Shown here: one piece after another, positions 10,880 through 20,413 of the stretch
Layout of the letters: each line of letters opens with the position of its first letter
Numbering within the stretch: the first letter of the stretch is position 1
From: Desulfobacterales bacterium
GTDB lineage: Bacteria; Desulfobacterota; Desulfobacteria; Desulfobacterales; UBA2174
Assembly: GCA_963668645.2 (NCBI GenBank)
Contig: CAXXWC010000010.1
Location: 352,001 to 416,000, forward strand
Reading direction: 5' to 3'
DNA: 64,000 bases
Made by a program: the position numbers and the translations under genes
Notes under the pieces: model-generated
Seen by the model: the letters and a program-made list of their open reading frames with translations, nothing else
Told to the model about the DNA's origin: nothing
Databases searched by the model: none

Positions 10880-11101
10880 AAACCAAGCCGCCTATTTGAG
10901 ATTGAACGGCCCGAAATATAGAGAATAAGAGAACAATCAAGGGTGTCGCAAAATGATTTTGCAATGATGATCGGCGTCAGCGTTCGAACCTTACAGAATT
11001 GGGAACAGGGTCGACGTTCCCCTGACGGCCCGGCAAAGGCTTTACTTCGCGTTGCGTCCCGAAATCCTCAGGCTGTACTTGATGCATTGCATGCCGAATA
11101 G
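10880..11101 (+). pseudogene. XRE-family HTH antitoxin (HigA/NadS-like) remnant
   Basis: Manual translation KPSRLFEIERPEI*RIREQSRVSQNDFAMMIGVSVRTLQNWEQGRRSPDGPAKALLRVASRNPQAV; in-frame TAG at 10919, no start codon; absent from ORF track. Confidence 0.75.
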
Positions 11102-11563
11102 GTTCGGCATCTTTTCACCATCGGCATGGACGGATTCGGTCGCATATTGGCGAAAGTCGAAAAGGGGCAGGAGCGGGACGATGGGCAGTAATTCAGCAAA
11201 ATTCACAACAGCTATTAGGATATGATGTTTATGGAACACTTCTGTTATTAAATAGGGCAAGCCCAATCGGGTAAGGAAAAATCTCTCTTCCCCGCGCCAA
11301 CCACATAATATGCGGGTCTACCCCAAGGGCACTTCCGATACGGTGTCTGTCAAGGTAGATGTCGCCTTTTTTGGAAAAACATTCTCAAAGCTGGCGGCCA
11401 TGTTCCACATCATCTGCGCGGTAGCCTCCAGCCTTGGCAATGTCAAGGGTCAAGATGAACGCTGCGCGCCCTTGACATTGCCAAGGCTTCCGGCTCGTGG
11501 GCTCATATCGAGATGATTGGCATCATCTCGATTTTTCAATCGCTCTTTGAAAATCATTTCTCA

Positions 11564-12631
11564 TCACGCGGCCTTTGAACAAGCCGATACGTTGGGTTGT
11601 CCGTTGTCCGGGCAGTTCAGCCAGACTTGCCGGATCGGTTCCCAGTTGCGCGTTGAGCCGCTCCACCGATCGTGCCGACGTTTTTTGGCCTGTTCATAGA
11701 TCTGGTGGCGACTGGCAAGGATCTCGATGTCTTTTCCCGTATGACGCTGGTCGGGGGTGACATATCGAATCGCGCTGTGGCGGTGTTGCTCGTTGTACCA
11801 TTTAACGAAACGGTCCACCCACTGCCGGGAGGCTTCAATGCTTTCAAATCCCTTGACCGGATATTGCGGACGATATTTGAAGGTGCGAAACAGCGCTTCC
11901 GAGTAAGGGTTGTCATTGCTCACTCTCGGCCGGCTGTAGGACGGGGTTACACCCAGCGCCTCCATTTTCGCTTTCATGGTAAAGCCCTTTTGAGCACTCC
12001 CATTGTCTGCATGCAGCACGGGCGGATCAAGCAGGCACCCCTGGGCCATAACCGCCTTGTGAAGCAACGATGCGGCAAGGTTGGCGCTTTCCATCGGTTG
12101 GACTTCCCAACCGACGATTTTCCGGCTGTAAACATCCACAATCATGTACAGGTAATAGAACATGCCCCGGATTGGTGATGGCAGCCACGTTATATCCCAA
12201 CTCCAGACCTGATTCGGCCCTGTGGCGCAATAGCCCGCTGGGCGCTTATGGTGATGCGGTTTGGCACTCCTGCCGCGGTGATGTTGTTCATCGGCGTCAC
12301 GAAGGATCCGGTAAAAACTCGATTCGGACGCGATATAGATACCCTGATCGGCCAGGATGGGCACGATCTGGCCTGGGGCCAGACTGGCATATTCAGGCTG
12401 GTGACAGACATCCAGAACTTGCTGCCTTTCTTTTAGTGTCAGTTTATTTGCCGGTTCCGGCCGCGCGATGGTCGAACGGGTGTCCGGTTGGACTTCTCCG
12501 CTTCGGGTCCAGCGCTGGTAGGTTCGGATACTGATATCAATTACCCGACAGGCCTGCGCCAAGCGGGCACCATCGCGGCACGCGTCATTGATCAGCGATA
12601 CAGTTTTACGGCGATCAGCGGTGCTGATCAT
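11564..12631 (-). CDS. IS3 family transposase OrfB (rve integrase core)
   Basis: WSWDITW, DVYSRKIVGW, LHADNGS, SNDNPYSEALFRTFK. Confidence 0.93.
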   Translation of the reverse strand: MISTADRRKTVSLINDACRDGARLAQACRVIDISIRTYQRWTRSGEVQPDTRSTIARPEPANKLTLKERQQVLDVCHQPEYASLAPGQIVPILADQGIYIASESSFYRILRDADEQHHRGRSAKPHHHKRPAGYCATGPNQVWSWDITWLPSPIRGMFYYLYMIVDVYSRKIVGWEVQPMESANLAASLLHKAVMAQGCLLDPPVLHADNGSAQKGFTMKAKMEALGVTPSYSRPRVSNDNPYSEALFRTFKYRPQYPVKGFESIEASRQWVDRFVKWYNEQHRHSAIRYVTPDQRHTGKDIEILASRHQIYEQAKKRRHDRWSGSTRNWEPIRQVWLNCPDNGQPNVSACSKAA

Positions 12632-13122
12632 TCGTCCTCGGGGGCCCCCCAGATCGCCTGGACTTTTTTTTGCAGCACCAGCAGGGCTGCCGCTTCGGCA
12701 AGGGCCTTGTCCTTGCGATGGAGTTCTTTTTCAAGATCCCTGATACGCTTACGGTGGGTATTCTGCTCGGCCTTGAGTTTAATGTTGGCCTGTCTGTCCC
12801 AGTCGTTGGCATCTTCACAGGCCCTGCGCCATTGTTCCAACTGATGTGGATAAATGCCTTTTTGTCTACAGTATTCGGCCGTTTGCTGTTCGTTCAAAGA
12901 GGCGCTTTCCATGACAGCCGCGAACTTGTCACGGGCATTCCAGCCCTCGGGACCGGCATCGCCGTCAGGCATCAAAATCCCTTTCGTCCGGGCTTGCTGG
13001 CGCCAATTGTATAACGTGGCTTCACTTATGCCTTCTTCGACAGCCAGATGTTTGATCGTTCGGTTGTGCGGCGGCATCATCTTTTTGAGAACCGCTTCCT
13101 TACGCTCTGGTGAATATCGCAT
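12628..13122 (-). CDS. IS3 family transposase OrfA
   Basis: HTH ISEATLYNWRQ, ends ALAEAAALLVLQKK; ATGA overlap with OrfB. Confidence 0.9.
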   Translation of the reverse strand: MRYSPERKEAVLKKMMPPHNRTIKHLAVEEGISEATLYNWRQQARTKGILMPDGDAGPEGWNARDKFAAVMESASLNEQQTAEYCRQKGIYPHQLEQWRRACEDANDWDRQANIKLKAEQNTHRKRIRDLEKELHRKDKALAEAAALLVLQKKVQAIWGAPEDE

Positions 13123-13464
13123 GCATGAACCTCCTGCGCCCCTCTTATAAAGGATCTCAGTTCATGCGACAACTATCCTGACACAGGGGGGATAGGCACA
13201 CTATCGCGGTACGCAAAACTTACCGGGCCCGTAGCCGAGTAGTGGATTTTTACCCACAGTTCTTTGACAGATACCAGTCCCTGATCCTTCAGCCAATGGT
13301 TGGTCATACCTCTCTGGGCGGATCTGGTCCCACCGGGTGCGGGCAGCATCCCCGGAGACTTGGCCTTGTATGATGTTTCTGTTCCCCGGATCAGGTCCGG
13401 GGCAGGCTTGGCTCACAGCTTTGCGCTCGGGCTTCCTTCGGGCGCCCCCCCTCGCGGGAACGCC

Positions 13465-15385
13465 CATGGTGATTTCGTGCTGATTCGATAAGCCATTAAA
13501 CTCCAAGTGGTTATCAAAACATCTGGACAACCCCTTGATATTCAGTTATATAGCTCCCCGGCAGGTCATCTTTCGTTAATGGGGGGCGATGTGTTGTATC
13601 TCAAACAAGTCGTTGTTCGGTTAGTTCGCCGGAATCAAGATCAGCGCTTCCAGAGCTTGATGCACCGGCATCATTACTTGGGCGCCTTGCCCAAAATCGG
13701 TGAAACCCTGCGATATGCGGCCTGTATCGGTGATCAATGGGTCGGCTTGGTCAGCTTTTCCGCTCCCGCCCTCAAATGTGCTGCTCGCGATCAGTGGATC
13801 GGTTGGCCCTTTAACCATCAGTTCGATCGGCTCAATTTGTTGACCAACAACAGCCGTTTTCTGATCCTGCCCGACTGGCATCTGCCAAACATGGCCTCGC
13901 GCATCCTGGCCTTGTGCCGAAAAAGACTGCCCGCCGACTGGCAAGCCGCTTTCGGACATCCCGTGCTGTTGCTCGAAACCTTCGTCGATCCCGCGCGCTT
14001 CAAGGGAACCATCTATAAAGCCGACAACTGGACTGCGGTCGGAAACTCCAAAGGCTTTCATCGGCACGCCAAAGGATACAGCGACACGGCCGACTCACCC
14101 AAAATGGTTTTTGTCAAACCGTTGCGCCCCGATGCGCAAACCCTCTTGTCACAGACCATGCTGCCACCGCTTTATCAAACAGGAGATCCTAAAATCATGC
14201 TGCCGGCTCAACACATGCAATCTTTGCCCCGATTTTTCGCCGACATCCCCGATCCGCGACGTCCCCAAGGCCGACGCCATCGTCTGGCAACCGTTTTGGC
14301 CATCGCCGCCGCAGCAACCCTGTGTGGCATGCGCGGCTACCAGGCCATCTCCGATTGGGCCAACAGCCTCGGACAAAAAGCACGCCGGCGCTTCCAATGC
14401 CGCTACCGAAACGGCCCTACAGCGTGCCGAGTCTGTCGATCATCCGCGATGTGCTCATCCGGGTCGATCCGGCACGCCTCGACGACGCCCTGCAAAAATG
14501 GAACAGCATCCACGCCGGCTGCGACCAATGCCTGGCCATCGATGGCAAAACCATGTGCAACGCCATTGACGATCAAGGCTATCAGACCCACATCATGAGC
14601 GTTGTCGGCCATACCACCAGTGCCTGCTACACCCAAAAAAAGTCGGCAACCTGGCCGTAGACGACCAAAAGGTCAAGCGCACCAACGAAATCAAGACCGC
14701 CCAGCCCCTGCTCGATGCCATCAAGATCGAAAACAAAGACATCACCGCCGATGCCCTGCTGACACAGAGAAAGTTCGCCGAATACATCGTCGAGCAGCGC
14801 GGCGCCCACTACCACTTCACCGTCAAAAACAACCAGCCCGGACTGTTCGACGACATCGGTCTGTACTTCAAAGACCGCGGCCAACCCGATTTCATCCTTT
14901 GCGACCCGCCCGACCACGGCCGCATCGAAGAGCGCAAGATCTGGACCACCACCGAACTCAACGAGTTTCTCGACTTTCCTCACGTCCAACAAGCTTTTGT
15001 CATCGAACGCCGATGCACGGACAAAAAAAGCGGCAAACAATCATTTGAGATTGCTTACGGTATCACCAGTAGACCTGCCGAGCAGGCCGACGCCCGATGC
15101 CTGCTGGCCATAAACCGCGGCCATTGGTGCATCGAAAACAAATGCCATTACATCATCGACTGGAACTTCGACGAAGACCGCAGCCGTATCCGCAAAGGCC
15201 ACGGGCCTGAAAATATCACCCGGTTGCGCCGCTTTGCCGTAAGCGCAATTAAATCCAAAGGTGTGCGCAGCGTGGCGCAAAAAATGCGCCAACTGGCTCG
15301 CAACGTCCGCTTGGTCTTCGACTATCTGGCCATGACTGACAACTGCCGGCCGACCGCAACACGGGCATAGAACAAATTCACCGTG
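13465..15385 (+). mobile_element. ISAs1-family element with DUF4338-fused transposase, 1921 bp
   Basis: Inverted ends CATGGTGATTTCGTGCT / AGAACAAATTCACCGTG; 10-bp duplication CGGGAACGCC at 13455-13464 and 15386-15395. Confidence 0.88.
13579..15370 (+). pseudogene. DUF4338-ISAs1 transposase fusion in three reading frames
   Basis: DUF4338 motifs, then IPDPRRPQGRRH, LAIDGKT, ITADALLTQ, RGHWCIEN, FDEDRSRIR; frame changes near 14415 and at an A-run near 14635-14641 (possibly programmed). Confidence 0.8.
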
Positions 15386-15486
15386 CGGGAACGCCCTTGC
15401 CGTCGGCTAATGTTTATGTTAATGATTACAATCATTAACAGGGTTCATACATAGGCGGCTTGCACCCCATTAGTTGGCCATAAAAA

Positions 15487-15975
15487 ATGAGAATAAAACA
15501 AGCACAAACAAAAACAGAAATTGAAGAGGTGCGTAAGCTTTTCCAGGAATACGAGGCATTTCTTAATGTCGATCTGTGTTTTCAAAGCTTTGAGGATGAG
15601 CTTGCCAATTTGCCCGGAAGGTACTCACGCCCAAATGGAGATCTCCTTATAGGTCTTGACGGGGAAAGAGCAGTCGGGTGTGTTGCGATTCGTAAGCTGG
15701 ACGACGGTGTGTGCGAAATGAAGCGTCTTTTTGTCAGACCAATTGCAAGAGGTACGGGCTTGGGCAGAAGACTTGCTCAGGAGATTATTGTTATCGCACG
15801 AGAACTTGGTTACTCATTGATGCGACTCGATACCCTCGAAAGGCTCACAGAAGCTATGCATCTTTATGAGACGTTCGGCTTCAGAAAAATTGAACCATAC
15901 TATGAGAATCCACTTCCCGGTGTCGTATACTGGGAGTTGGCGTTGAGGGAGGAAAAAACTCTGCCAATCGGATAA
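15487..15975 (+). CDS. GNAT family N-acetyltransferase
   Basis: CEMKRLFVRPIARGTGLGRRL, MRLDTLERLTEAMHLYETFGF. Confidence 0.9.
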   Translation: MRIKQAQTKTEIEEVRKLFQEYEAFLNVDLCFQSFEDELANLPGRYSRPNGDLLIGLDGERAVGCVAIRKLDDGVCEMKRLFVRPIARGTGLGRRLAQEIIVIARELGYSLMRLDTLERLTEAMHLYETFGFRKIEPYYENPLPGVVYWELALREEKTLPIG

Positions 15976-16049
15976 GGGGGAGTTTCTCTCTCCCCATATG
16001 ATTACAACCAGTAACAGGGTTCACACATAGGGGACTTACGCCCCATAAG
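15967..16049 (-). repeat. About 83-bp group II intron scar (domain VI joined to 5' domain I segment)
   Basis: ATCGGATAAGGGGGAGTTTCTCTCTCCCC resembles 11266 and 18673 ends; ATGATTACAACCAGTAACAGGGTTCACACATAGG resembles 15422-15455. Confidence 0.7.
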
Positions 16050-16058
16050 AAATCAACA

Positions 16059-16562
16059 ATGCAACTCATCACAGAAACTTCTCGTCTAAAATTAGTTGAA
16101 ATAACTGAAAACGATTCTATCCTATTATTCCTGCTAACAGGGAATGAAAGTGTAATGGAGTATTCCCCAGGTGTGCTCAGTTACGAAGAGACTCTGGAAA
16201 TGGTTCAAAAAATCCTCCACCATTACGCTGAATACGGCTATTGTTTCTGGAAGGTTTTTCTTAAACCTGACGACCAATTCGTTGGTATTGCGGGTCTTCT
16301 GCATCAAGTGATTGACAATGAAAGAGAAATTGAGATTTCGTATCGCATATTGCCGAACCACTGGAAAAATGGTTACGCCACAGAAGCTGCGAAGGCTTGT
16401 AAAGAATATGCTGAAACCAAATTAGGGGAAAAGAGGTTAATTTCTTTAATCAATCCTGAAAATAACGCTTCAAAGCGGGTGGCACAAAAACTAGGGGCAG
16501 AAAAATTGAAATCAACTATATTTATAGGAGTAAAGCACGACGTCTATTTATACAAACAATGA
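16059..16562 (+). CDS. RimJ/RimL-type GNAT acetyltransferase
   Basis: ETSRLKL, HWKNGYATEAA, NPENNASKRVAQKLG. Confidence 0.88.
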   Translation: MQLITETSRLKLVEITENDSILLFLLTGNESVMEYSPGVLSYEETLEMVQKILHHYAEYGYCFWKVFLKPDDQFVGIAGLLHQVIDNEREIEISYRILPNHWKNGYATEAAKACKEYAETKLGEKRLISLINPENNASKRVAQKLGAEKLKSTIFIGVKHDVYLYKQ

Positions 16563-16761
16563 AAATTTGCACAACAAATCGTTTGAAAATTGACACACAA
16601 AAAACGCGCACGGTATCGACCATTTGACGAAATAGATTTTTGAACCATATACAACTGATAATGCAAATTATCGCGACCGTGAATGCGAACACGTCGCCTC
16701 AAAAAATATATGGAAAATAGAACCTGAAAAATAACTTTATAACCGCAATATTGGCTCGAAA

Positions 16762-16992
16762 ATGCTGCGTGAAGAGAAATCTAACGATACCTTTGGTTGT
16801 GGCTTCAATAGGCGCAAATATGCCGGTGACGCGAAGCGCTGTAGAGAGCTCGGCCTGGACTTCAACATCCACTGCATGGGGCCTGAACGCATCAAGCGCT
16901 ATCTAAAAAGGAAATACGATGTCGAGATAGACATCGAAGGAAAGGACCGCTTTGACATCACCCGAGAAGCCCAGGCCATCATCTACGGCTAA
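16762..16992 (+). CDS. Small hypothetical protein, possibly a gene fragment
   Basis: 76-aa ORF co-oriented with neighbours; no recognised motif. Confidence 0.35.
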   Translation: MLREEKSNDTFGCGFNRRKYAGDAKRCRELGLDFNIHCMGPERIKRYLKRKYDVEIDIEGKDRFDITREAQAIIYG

Positions 16993-17008
16993 GAAGGAAA
17001 AGTGACAA

Positions 17009-17629
17009 ATGAAAATATCATTAATCCTTGCCCATCCTGATAAATGTAGTTTCAACTCTGCAATTGCAAAATGCTGCCAGGAAACTCTGGTTGCAAACGG
17101 TCATAAAGTATATTTTCATGATTTATATGCGGAAGAATTCGATGCGTTACTCCCAGCTAACGAGATTCCACGTGCTATTGAATTGCCACCGGAATTGAAA
17201 AAGCACTGTGATGAAATTTCTTCAGTTGATGGTATTATTGTGGTTCATCCGAATTGGTGGGGGCAACCTCCAGCAATTTTGAAGGGCTGGATAGACAGGG
17301 TATTTAGACCTGGAATCGCATATGAATTTATTGAAGGGGATTCTGGTGAAGGTGTCCCCGTTGGTTTGCTTAAGGCAAAATCAGCCGTGGTTTTTAACAC
17401 ATCAAATACTGAGTCTGATCGAGAGAAAACCGTATTTAAAGATCCTCTCGAAACAATTTGGAAAAGCTGTATTTTTGATCTTTGCGGAGTCCGTAACTTC
17501 TATAGGAAAATGTTCAATATCGTTGTTACAAGCAGTGAAGAACAACGTATTGCCTGGCTTTATGAAGTTTCCGAAATTGTCGGCAGATATTATCCAAGCG
17601 ATGGAATGTTTGTTAGCGAAATACATTGA
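17009..17629 (+). CDS. NAD(P)H dehydrogenase (quinone), flavodoxin-fold
   Basis: ILAHPDKCSFN, HPNWWGQPPAILKGWIDRV. Confidence 0.9.
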   Translation: MKISLILAHPDKCSFNSAIAKCCQETLVANGHKVYFHDLYAEEFDALLPANEIPRAIELPPELKKHCDEISSVDGIIVVHPNWWGQPPAILKGWIDRVFRPGIAYEFIEGDSGEGVPVGLLKAKSAVVFNTSNTESDREKTVFKDPLETIWKSCIFDLCGVRNFYRKMFNIVVTSSEEQRIAWLYEVSEIVGRYYPSDGMFVSEIH

Positions 17630-17789
17630 TGAATGCCATTTCTGCTATCTTATCCGTCGGGCTCTTATAGACAGGTTGCCGGAGTATCTGGCTCCACGGC
17701 AGGTCTATGGACTCGAAGCAAATTGAAAGATTCACATTACAGTCGGCTGAACAAGGATTGCTCATGTGATAAATTAAGGAGTGTTCACA

Positions 17790-18797
17790 ATGAAAACAAA
17801 CAAGATAATCACCATTTATCTGACGTTGACAATTATATGCTTGTCTTTGTCAGCCTGCGCCATAAACGACGCTGTCATTCAGCCTAAAAAACTAGTCGCC
17901 GAATCTGCCGATGCTACGCGTATTGCTTATGGGGTCAGCGGGCAAGGGGAAACCACCCTTTTATTCGTTCACGGCTGGCTATGTGATCATAAAATCTGGC
18001 AATCTCAGATTGATTATTTTTCCAGCAATTATAAAGTGGTTTGGTTAGATTTAGCAGGTCACGGAGATTCTGAAACCAACCGCCAAAAATTTACGATGTC
18101 TGCATTTGCCCGAGATGTTAAGTCGGTTCATGATAAGGTTGGTGGAGATAAAATTATTCTTGTCGGTCACTCCATGGGAGGGCCCATAGTGATCGAAACG
18201 GCCAAACTGCTTGGGGAAAAAGTTATTGGAATCGTTGCTGTTGATGCTTTTTATACTCCTCTTGCATCTGTTCCGGAAGAAATAAAAATGGCATTTCTTG
18301 AGAAATTGAAAAAAAATTATCCTGCGGCCTTAAAGGAAACAGTGGGATCAATGTTTGCACAAAGTGCAAATTCGGATTTGGTAAATTCAACTTATAAAAA
18401 TATGCTTGCCGTTGATCATAAGATGGGAATCAGTTCGTTATATGAATGCATCAAATGGAATTCACAAAAAGAACCGTCTGAGCTTAAAGCATTTTCAGAA
18501 AAGCTTTATAATATTAATGGCGCACCAAAAGGTGACGAAAAACCTTTGCATAATAGCGTTGTTTTAATACCCGGTGTAGGGCATTTCGCTCCCCAAATAA
18601 AACCCAAAGAATTTAATGCTGCATTAGAAGTGCTTGTTGAAAAAATACAATCTTCATTGGAAAACGCACATAATCGGGCAAGGAGAAATTTCTCTCTCCC
18701 TCTTCCACACCACCTGGCATACGGGTCTACCCCAAGAACACTTCCGATGGGCGCGTACTATGCGGTTCGCAAAACTTACCGGGCTGTCGCCGGGTAG
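17790..18797 (+). CDS. Alpha/beta hydrolase, probable lipoprotein; 3' end runs into intron remnant
   Basis: LSAC lipobox, FVHGW, DLAGHG, GHSMGG, GVGHF; residues after about 18672 are read from antisense intron DNA. Confidence 0.85.
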   Translation: MKTNKIITIYLTLTIICLSLSACAINDAVIQPKKLVAESADATRIAYGVSGQGETTLLFVHGWLCDHKIWQSQIDYFSSNYKVVWLDLAGHGDSETNRQKFTMSAFARDVKSVHDKVGGDKIILVGHSMGGPIVIETAKLLGEKVIGIVAVDAFYTPLASVPEEIKMAFLEKLKKNYPAALKETVGSMFAQSANSDLVNSTYKNMLAVDHKMGISSLYECIKWNSQKEPSELKAFSEKLYNINGAPKGDEKPLHNSVVLIPGVGHFAPQIKPKEFNAALEVLVEKIQSSLENAHNRARRNFSLPLPHHLAYGSTPRTLPMGAYYAVRKTYRAVAG

Positions 18798-18900
18798 TGG
18801 ATCTTCACCCACAGTTCTTTGACAGGTTCCAGGCTCTGATCCTCCTTCAACCACTGGTTGATCATACTGCTCTGGGTCGCCAATGTGCGGGCGCTTTTCC
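18673..18900 (-). mobile_element. Group IIC intron 3' fragment (RT C-terminus plus domains V-VI)
   Basis: ARTLATQSSMINQWLKEDQSLEPVKELWVKIHYPATAR*, then GGAAGTG...GACCCGTATGCCAGGTGGTGTGG...CTTGCCCGAT. Confidence 0.8.
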
Positions 18901-20128
18901 CGACTTCCAGCAGTACGCTGCAATCGCTCTGGATAATCAGGGCGTTGTCGGAGGACACGGCCATGGTCAGGCTCCGGTCGAGCGGCGCTTCGTCTTGCCG
19001 GAGGCCGCCTTGCGGCGGGATTTTGCAGGCCTGATTTCCTCCATGGCCAGCAGATAGCCGATCTCGCGCAAGGCCCGCTTGAAGGCCGCCTCGCCTTCCG
19101 ACGGCACCACCAGATGGGTTTCCCCGGCGCGCATGCAATACCTGCGGGTGCGCGAATCGTTGGCGATCAGGGCCGCCAGGGCGGGATCGGCGCACTCGAC
19201 CCGGTCCAGCTCATCGATGAGGGTCGTGCCGATCCACTTGTCCCAGAGCTGCCGGAGGATCTCGAAAGGCGGTTGGGAGAGGGCCTTGCGCCCGGTCCGG
19301 GTAAGTTCCAGCCTGGTGCCCGAAAGCTTGGCCAGTCCTCCGGCCTGCACGATGAGCGGCCAGGCGAAGGCACGGATCGGTCCGGCGTTTTCATCGTGCC
19401 ATTTCCCGGTAACGGGCAGTACCGGGTAAAAATCCCCGCCATCGAGAATCGACGTAATGGCCTTGACGGTCGCTGCCGAGGGGCGTCGTGTCTTATCGCT
19501 GACCGCTCCCTTGGCCGTATCCACCAGGCGCAGGACAGAAAGCAGCTCCCGCTGGGCGACCCGCTCCGTCTCGTGAACCGTAAGAGGCACCTGCTTTGTG
19601 CCCTTTTCCCGGGTCTTGGCCTCCTCATACCCACCAGGAGCAGGGCACCTCACAGTCGTCCGGAAGGGTTGCGAGGGCCTTGACTTTCGCCGCCGCCGGC
19701 CGCGGGACAAAGGCCTTAAGACGTGCCTTGAGGTCGTCGGGCATGACGCCGCCGTAAAAGAAGAAACAGAGGGCAGACGGGCAACGATCGTAACGGGACC
19801 TTCCGCTGGTGCCCCAGTTGGGGTCGCAACCGTACTTGGCATTGAAAAGATCGCCGGGAAACCGGTTCGAGCCGGCATGCACCACCTCGGCGACAGCCGC
19901 TTGCTGCACCTTGTCGAGGCGCTGCCAGGCCGTTTTCAGCCCCTCTCCTTCAAGATGGCGCATGATCACGGCGGCCACCTCGGCCTTGCGGGTGGGCAGT
20001 TTCTGCTTGGTGTGCGCCGCCAGCCGCTTGAGATCCTCGGCGTTCATGTGCTTCATCAGCGCCAACTCGAGGGTCGGGATTCGGTCACCCCGGCATATCG
20101 CATCATGCACAGTCTCCGTGGTCTGCAA
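18901..20128 (-). pseudogene. Helicase-associated-domain gene (frameshifted, deleted) plus 5' stub of an XPB/Rad25-like helicase
   Basis: ORFs 19625-20128 and 18967-about 19640 read as one gene; next gene starts MAVSSDNALIIQSDCSVLLEV (XPB-like N-terminus) and is cut by intron sequence. Confidence 0.55.
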
Positions 20129-20413
20129 TGGTTCCGATATCAGCCGGGTCTGCTTCTCCTGTTATCAGGCAAACCGAGGGGCTTCAAGGGTTGAACCCGG
20201 TCGCCTTGGTGAGTCCGGTTTTCCTCACGATCATGGTCGCAATAAAACGACGCATTGTTTGATTGCAGACGAACTATTGCTGAAAGCTGAACTTCGAGCG
20301 ACTGTGGATTCTTCTGGCGACCATCGGCATTCTTTTATATAGGTTATTTTTACCGGCAATCGGCCGGCAACCGCGATTCGCATAACGGCCCGGCAGAAAA
20401 GGTAATTCGTTGC

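Larger units (their letters stand above)
11341..13190 (-). mobile_element. IS3-family element, 1850 bp
   Basis: Imperfect inverted ends TGTCAAGGTAGATGTCGC / GCGACAACTATCCTGACA; 4-bp duplication GATA at 11337-11340 and 13191-13194. Confidence 0.85.
11266..15473 (-). mobile_element. Group IIC (attC-type) intron remnant, RT ORF deleted, interrupted by IS3 and ISAs1
   Basis: Minus strand: 5' domain I (CTAATGGGGTGCAAG...CATTAGCCGACGGCAAGGGCG...GAAGGAAGCCCG), RT C-terminus MTNHWLKDQGLVSVKELWVKIHY near 13230-13310, domain V/VI ending CCTTACCCGAT at 11266; colinear with copy at 18673 once the IS elements are removed. Confidence 0.75.

Noticed and set aside
11436..11482. Long hairpin GGCAATGTCAAGGG...CCCTTGACATTGCC as an ncRNA
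   Set aside because: Lies inside the IS3 non-coding tail; no evidence of an independent RNA
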